A DNA stretch of 64,000 nucleotides. Origin: Squalus acanthias. Its lineage: Eukaryota. The DNA lies in contig CM059431.1 in NCBI GenBank assembly GCA_030390025.1, positions 101,868,001 to 101,932,000 on the forward strand. Direction: 5' to 3'. The notes beneath the pieces were generated by a model. The model was not told the DNA's origin, ran no database searches, and worked only from the letters and a program-made list of their open reading frames with translations. The position numbers were made by a program, and so were the translations under genes. Shown here in pieces: positions 57,288 through 64,000 of the stretch (position 1 is the first letter of the stretch; every line of letters starts with the position of its first letter).

Positions 57288-58014
57288 GGACCTGAAATTG
57301 TGGTCGGAGGCTTCCGTCTCCAATCCGCAAGAAAACTCCGCACCTACCTGATGGCTCCAGACCTTCGAACACTCGCGCTCCTGGGCCTGCGTAAAGGCCC
57401 ACGGATCCCAGGGGCGCAGGCGGTTCGCAAGCGTCCCTGGGGTCACGTGGGCCGGCCCAACCAATCACAAAGGGGGATTCTCATTATGCTTACGGAGATT
57501 CCATTTACGTACGGAATCCCCATAAGCAGAACAGGAATCGGCCAAAAAAATACAATTTCACACAAACTAAATAAAAAGAAATCATCACAGGTTCAAAATG
57601 AATTAAAATACAATTTAATTAAACATTTAAAACAAAAATTTAATTTTTTGAAAAATAAATTTAAAGGGGCCCAAAATAACCTAAACTAATTTTAAAGGTT
57701 TTTGAATGTTTAAATGATTTTTAAAAATGTATTTAAATATTAATTAAACCCTTACGCTGGTAAAGGAAGGCCCTACGCCTGCTTTTACCGGGCGTAAGGG
57801 TTTCCTGGGCATTCACTGGGCAGTAGTTGGGCAAATAGCACCGACTCTCTGCCTGCGAACGTCCATTTCCCGAGGATGCGGTCGATGTGTCGAGCTGAAA
57901 CTTGACAGATTGCAACTTCCGGGTTTTCGTGCATGCGCATCGCACACGGAGACCGGGAACCTGCGGGGCCCTTACGCTTGCGTACGCCGTCAAAGGCCCT
58001 GGAAAATCTGGGCC
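57288..58014. mobile_element. Non-autonomous PIF/Harbinger-like DNA transposon
   Basis: Imperfect TIRs GGACCTGAAATT / AAAATCTGGGCC, 3-bp TSD ACA, CpG-rich ends and AT-rich centre; inverted homolog of 12546-13968. Confidence 0.7.
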
Positions 58015-58379
58015 ACAGCGTCTGAGATATTATGCCCAGGAATGACATATTAGCCTTTTGAATTGTGATAGCCTTGTGATGACTTGCGAATGTGCGGAAG
58101 GGGATAGTGGAGGGAGCAGCAGCATTCCGTGATGGTGGAGTAACATGGCAAGGAATGACTTGAAAATTCACCGTGGACAGCTCGTTACAGACACGGAAGA
58201 AAAAGCTGGAAACAGCTAGCCGATCAGTCAAAGGGAAAAGACACCTTTACCTTCGCATTTAAGGCTCCCTGTATTTTGTGATTGGGCATTAAAAGATATA
58301 TGGTCAGGGTCTCGTGACATCAGGGACAAACCGTTAACTTGAGTTACAATGTCCTACCTCTGGAGAACCCCTACTTTCA

Positions 58380-58787
58380 CAGCACAGAAACAGGCCATTC
58401 GGCCCAACTGGTCCGTGCCGGTGTTTCTGCTCCACACGAGCCTCCTCCCACCCCTCTTCATCTCACCCTATCAGCATAGCCTTCTATTCCTTTCTCCCTC
58501 ATGTGTTTATCGAGCTTCCCCTTAAATGTATCTCTGCTGTTCGCCTCAACCACTCCCTGTGGTAGTGAGTTCCACATTCTCACCACTCTCTGGGTAAAGA
58601 AGTTTCTCCTGAATTCCTTATTGGATTTATTAGTGACTGTCTTATATTGATGGCCTCTAGTTCTGGTCTCCCCCACAAGTGGAAGCATCTCCTCTACGTC
58701 TACCCTATCAAACCCCTTTGTAATTTTAAAGAGCTCTGTCTGGTCGCCCCCTCAGCCTTCGCTTTTCTAGAGAAAAGAGCCCCAGCC
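58380..58787 (-). mobile_element. CR1-type LINE 3' fragment
   Basis: PLVGETRTRGHQYK...WNSLPQG. Confidence 0.88.
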
Positions 58788-59975
58788 GAGTCCCATAAAC
58801 AGTGGTGAGACATTTGCTCATGGTTGATAGTGACCTGTCTGAAGATAAACTATTGTACTTCCATATCGTCAGAGATACCTTGTCTCACAGCTAACTGCAA
58901 CCTCTCTACAGGAATGTCCTGACCATAGAACTCCTTGGACAATAGACCCAATGTAGAAATAGAGCCACCATCAGAACAGTTTGGAGTTTGGAATGTTTCT
59001 GCTGTGCTGCTAAGGCCCTTGGTCACAGAGGTTTCCATCATGTTGGTTTGCATTGCCTCCATGGTGGATTGCAGTGCAGACAATCTTACACCCAGCATAT
59101 CATCAATCTTAGCAATCCATCTCTTCTCTTTGCTTCTTCTTTTTCGTCTTCTTCTTTTCCATCCCGCCTTCCATTGTAGTTTGGCACTCTTTTTGATGCT
59201 AGGCCAATGGATCTCCACACCTTCCATTCCCTCTGTTTGGACATTGAGTCTAAAACGCCTGTGACTTCTCAATGACTGAGGGTGATGCATCTTCCAATTC
59301 TTGGTGTGTGTTCATAGGCTGATTACTCTCTAACTTGTGATGGTACAGGTGGCTCCATATCGATGCTGGTACCTGGTACAGTCGAGGTCTACATGTAGTT
59401 AACTTCTAGTGCTGCATGCCATGCGGTGGTGCCCTGCAGCCTCCTTGGTCCAAGTTCTTATATGAAAGGGGAAGGGTAGTTGCCGATGTCCAACCAGCAC
59501 GTCCAATAATGGCACAATTACATAGGAACATAGGAATTGCTAGATAAAAGTCCAAGGTCTATCTAGTTCGCCTTCTACCATCCTGGTAGTTGCATGATAC
59601 AACAATAATGGAGTTGTTGGCAATCAATCTCCATCAATGAGTCTACAACAGACCCAGACATGACACGAGGAAAACCCCCAGTGGTGGAGAGCTTTGGGAA
59701 CCATGGGTCCAAAGTCACCTGTTCCTCCCGAGGATGGGAGGGAACTGGGATCGGGAACTCAGCAAGTGGGAACATTCTGTACATCAACCCATGTCTCACC
59801 AACACACACCGACCTACCATGTTCCCCTCCCTCCCATTAATAATATTCCTTAGATGTGATGAAACTATTAATAAGTGCCAGACATAAATTCCTTAGCATT
59901 TCTGTGTCATGCTATTACAAGCCTATGCAACATTGTCAATAATGTTTCAAAATGATTGCTTTTTTTTCCCAACAG

Positions 59976-60062
59976 TTTTCTATCAAAAACAGATTCAAGC
60001 ATCGTGGCAAACAGTACCCCCAACGAGAACATTTCATGGACTGGGCTACAGAGGAGTATAAT
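59976..60062 (+). CDS. SLC15A1: SLC15A1 exon 10
   Basis: caacAG|TTT...AAT|GTGAGT; FSIKNRFKHRGKQYPQREHFMDWATEEYN. Confidence 0.95.
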
Positions 60063-60104
60063 GTGAGTTTGTAGGTAGAGCTTTTTTTCCATAATAGTTT
60101 TGAA

Positions 60105-60577
60105 TCAGAGAACCGTACAGCACCGAAGGAGGCCATTCGGCCCATCGTGCCTGTGCTGGCTCTTTGAAAGAGCTCTCCAATTAGTCCCACTCCCCCCTGC
60201 TCTTTTATCTGCTTCAAGTATATTTCAGGCAGTGCATTCCAGATCATAACTACTCACTGCATAAAACATTTTCTTCTCACCTCGCCTCTAGTTCTTTTGC
60301 CAATTATCTTAATTCTGTGTCCTCTGGTCAGTGGAAACAGTTTCTCCCTATCTACGCTATCAAAACTGTTCATGATTTGGAACACCTCTATTAAATCTCC
60401 CCTTAACCTTCTCTGCTCTGAGGAGAACAATCCCAGCTTCTCCAGTCTCTCCACGTAACTGAAGTCCCCCATCCCTGGTACCATTCTAGTAAATCTCCTC
60501 TGCACCCTCTCCAAGGCCTTGACATCCTTCCTAAAGTGCGGTGCCCAGAATTGGACACAATACTCCAGCTGAGGCTT
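60105..60577 (-). mobile_element. CR1-type LINE 3' fragment
   Basis: [18 protein letters not shown]... Confidence 0.88.
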
Positions 60578-61000
60578 AATGAATATGCATGTAAGAATTT
60601 TAATGATTTCATTCATAATTTAAAGTCACAACCTCATACGGTGTTGCTCGGGCTGTAATTTGTATTGTGGTAAATTTTGAGGGGGGGGGGGGAATGCGGG
60701 GGGAATCCTAGATTAGTACACACGACAACAGCCATGTGAAACGTGGTAAAAATCATTGATGGACATGTTTTGCAGGCTGTTCTTGCTGGTTCAGCCAGCG
60801 TGTTGCACTTGAGGTGAGTGGGTTGAGCTTGCTCTTGAATGCTGTGTTCAGCATTGGCTGTTGCTTCTGGTGACAGGATTGACGTCGTCAAGCCCAATAT
60901 GCAACAGCCAATTCTTTGTACATCTCAGGAAATACGCAGAGGGTCTAGCAAACAATTTGCCTTTGATCTCACTGTTTGTTCTCTTTATCAACTGGTTTAG

Positions 61001-61090
61001 GAACATTTGATTGCTCAGATCAAGATAGTGCTGAAAGTGCTCTTCCTGTATATCCCGCTCCCCATGTTCTGGGCTTTATTTGACCAGCAG
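61001..61090 (+). CDS. SLC15A1: SLC15A1 exon 11
   Basis: gtttAG|GAA...CAGCAG|GTAAGA; EHLIAQIKIVLKVLFLYIPLPMFWALFDQQ. Confidence 0.97.
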
Positions 61091-62810
61091 GTAAGATATA
61101 AGCATCTTCTACTTTAGTTTACCTGTGAAAAGTAGCATCTTAAGTAGTCGATGGAAAACATACTGAAGCAAAGATTGTTAGTTTCATTCTATATTTTCCC
61201 CACCAATCTTCTTCCCCTCAATCTTGAAGTTGTAGACTTTTTGCTGGGGGATGGGCCTATGGGCAAAAGACACCTTTGATTACCTGCACAATGCGCAAAA
61301 GCTGCATTCATTCCAAAGGTCAGTCTCAGAAGAGGCTCATCCAAGGAACCCGTAGGCCCTCTGATTTGCAATTACAAAGATAACGTCGGCAGGGAAATTC
61401 CTCAGAGCTGCTCCCACCCTGCCAGGGTTTCTGACGCACTTTGTGGCGAAGTAATGCCAGTGGAGCCCGAGGAATTTACCGGCCATTGAATTTTCAAAAG
61501 AAAACAGAAAATGTTTGGAAATCCACAGCAAGTTAATCAGCATTTGGTTATCATTTCGAGTGTGACCCTTCATGTATACTTGAACATTAGTTTACTGCGT
61601 AGATGTCCCTGCACCCTTCAGCTCAAACTCTATGCTATTTGCCATCGGTCTTTCGGATGCGACGTTAAACCGAGGCCCCGTCTGCTCTCTCAGGTGGACG
61701 TAAAAGATCCCACGGCACTATTTTGAAGGAGAGCAGGGGAGTTATCCCTGGTGTCCTGGCCAATATTTATCCCTCAACCAACATAACAAAAAACAGATTA
61801 TCCGGTCATTATCACATTGCTGTTTGTGGGAGCTTGCTGTGCACGAATTGGCTGCCGCGTTTCCCACATTACAACAGTGACTCCACTTCAAAAAGTACCT
61901 CATTGGCTGTAAAGCGCTTTGGGATGTCCGGTGGTCGTGAAAGTCTTTCTTTCTTTCAACCACTCCCTGTGGGAGCGAGTTCCACATTCTCTCCGCTCTC
62001 CGGATAAAGAAGTTTCTCTTGAATTCCCGATTGGATTTATTATTGATTGTCTTATATTTTTGATCCCTAGTTTTGGACTCCCCCACAAGTGGAAACATCA
62101 ATTGTGCTTATGCTGCAGTTGTGTCTCATCCTACCTTGTGTGCGTTACCATGTATAGACTGCACGATAGTCAATCTCAGGGATCCGGAAGCAAGCCACCC
62201 TATTGATTAATTTGATGTCCGTTTCTGAATAGTCTTTCATTATGCCCTGGCATTAACATGAAATTGAAAAATGGGCTGGATGTTTTTATTGTTCCATCTG
62301 TTTTGCAGTGTAGGCACTTCACACCTGCTGCCAAAGTCTTGCATTTCTATAGCGCCTTTCACAACCTCAGGAGGTCCCAAAATGCTTTACAGCCAATGAA
62401 GTACTTTTTGAAGTGCCGTCACTGCTGTACTGTAGGAAACCAATTTGCACACAGCAAGCTCCCACAAACAGCAATGAGATAATGACTAGATAAACTTTTT
62501 TTTTTAGCGATGTTGGTTGAGGGATAAATATTGGCCCCAGGACACGGGGGATAACTCCCCCTGCTCTTCTTCGAAATAGTGCCGAGGGATCTTTTCCGTC
62601 CACCCGAGAGAGCAGACGGGGCCTCGGTTTAACGTCTCATCTGAAAGACGGCACCCTGACAGCGCAGCACTCCCTCAGTACTGCACTGGGAGTGTCAGCC
62701 TAGATTTTATGCTCAAGTCTCTGTGTACAATGCACCTAATTAATTTACATTGTATTCAGTTAAGCATTGCGAGCTTTCATGATTGTGGATTTTCTTACTT
62801 ATGCACACAG

Positions 62811-62855
62811 GGCTCAAGATGGACTTTCCAAGCAACCAAAATGAATGGAAATTTT
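62811..62855 (+). CDS. SLC15A1: SLC15A1 exon 12
   Basis: acacAG|GGC...TTT|GTAAGA; GSRWTFQATKMNGNF. Confidence 0.95.
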
Positions 62856-62954
62856 GTAAGAATATTAATAAACACAAACGTTGCAGTTTACAATATTTAA
62901 TACTTTTTTTTTAACGGGACTGATATTTACTATTATATACTTTCTTTTCTGTAG

Positions 62955-62987
62955 GGAGGTATTGATATCCATCCTGACCAGATGCAG
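62955..62987 (+). CDS. SLC15A1: SLC15A1 exon 13
   Basis: ctgtAG|GGA...ATGCAG|GTATGT; GGIDIHPDQMQ. Confidence 0.94.
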
Positions 62988-63098
62988 GTATGTAATTAAG
63001 GTTTGAATATATCACTTCTCATGATGAGCTTTGCGTTCAGTAGCTGCTACCTCTCGATGCACAATCTGATTGATTTTGTTCTCCTGATTTTTGCACAG

Positions 63099-63187
63099 AC
63101 AGTCAACCCGATTCTGATTCTGGCCCTGGTTCCAATTGTTGATGGTATCGTTTATCCCTTGATTGCTAAGTGCAAATTAAACTTTAC
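63099..63187 (+). CDS. SLC15A1: SLC15A1 exon 14 (gene continues beyond the window)
   Basis: gcacAG|ACA...TTTAC|GTAAGT; TVNPILILALVPIVDGIVYPLIAKCKLNF(T). Confidence 0.95.
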
Positions 63188-63394
63188 GTAAGTAGAACAA
63201 TCGGGCAAGCCTGGTGGTTTAGATACACCTTTTAGAATTCTGGGATTGCTAGTTGGCGTTGCGGCAGAGTGGAATATTCCAGCATGGTGCAGTACAGGGG
63301 ATTGAACCAAACTGGCCACTGCAGATGCCGAATCCATGTGACAAATAAATGTGGGCTCCAAGTCCAATATGGAGCACCGGATAAGAGTATTTCT

Positions 63395-63730
63395 GTCCAG
63401 CCCTACAACTCTCCGAGATCCCCGCGCTCCTCTAATTCCGGCTTGCGCATCCGCTACTTATTTCGCCTAACCATTGGCGGCCGTGCCTTCAGCTGCCGGG
63501 ACCCTAAGCTCTGGAATTCCCTCCCTACACCTCTCCGCCTCTCTCTCTCTCTCTCCTCCTTAAGACGCTCCTTAAAACCTACCTCTTTGAGCAAGCTTTA
63601 GGTCACCTGTCTGAATATCCCCTTATGTGGCGCGGTGTCAAATTTTGTTTGATAATCGCTCCTGTGAAGCGCCGCGGGGCGTTTTACTACGTCAAAGGCG
63701 CTATATAAATGCAGGTTGTTGTTGTTGTTG
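63395..63730 (+). mobile_element. L2-type LINE 3' end
   Basis: GGRAFSCRDPKLWNSLP and tail GGCGCTATATAAATGCAGG(TTG)n. Confidence 0.88.
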
Positions 63731-64000
63731 AGTGGGGACTGGTTGGAGCATAGGACAATGATCCTTGGCATAGTTGATTTACAGAACCACTGCAGATGTA
63801 TATATCAATCTTAACTTATTAATTCTATTTCATTACCGCAGTGTACAAGTTGAACACGATTCCCAGTCTGTACAGGGATTTCCGTTTGGACAGGATTTCC
63901 ATTTTAAGCATTTCATTGAATGGGATGGAAAATATAAGTTTTCCTCACCCAATTATTCAGCACCGACCTCTTTAAAGATGCCCAGTGGCCTATAATGACC

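Overview
Vertebrate nuclear DNA, most likely an elasmobranch (inferred from the mix of CR1, L2, Deu-SINE and Penelope repeats). Two + strand spliced genes lie in tandem. The first is the 3' end of DOCK9: four coding exons at 4620-19067, a candidate 8-nt frameshifting microexon at 18709-18716, and a 3' UTR to about 20490. The second is the first 14 coding exons of SLC15A1/PepT1 (38710-63187), which continues beyond the window. Most of the rest is transposon-derived: CR1, L2 and RTE LINE fragments, tRNA-derived SINEs, PIF/Harbinger-like and Tc1/mariner-like MITEs, five Penelope-like insertions carrying eight minimal hammerhead-ribozyme motifs in single, inverted and tandem arrangements, and a complete 4.3-kb CsRn1-type Gypsy LTR retrotransposon. 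The Gypsy element sits inside a nested stack: CR1 > Penelope > (CR1 + Gypsy). There are several minisatellites, including a 3.5-kb C-depleted array with higher-order structure. Family names come from motif recognition; no database search was run. Most entries in the ORF track are repeat-derived and are not genes.
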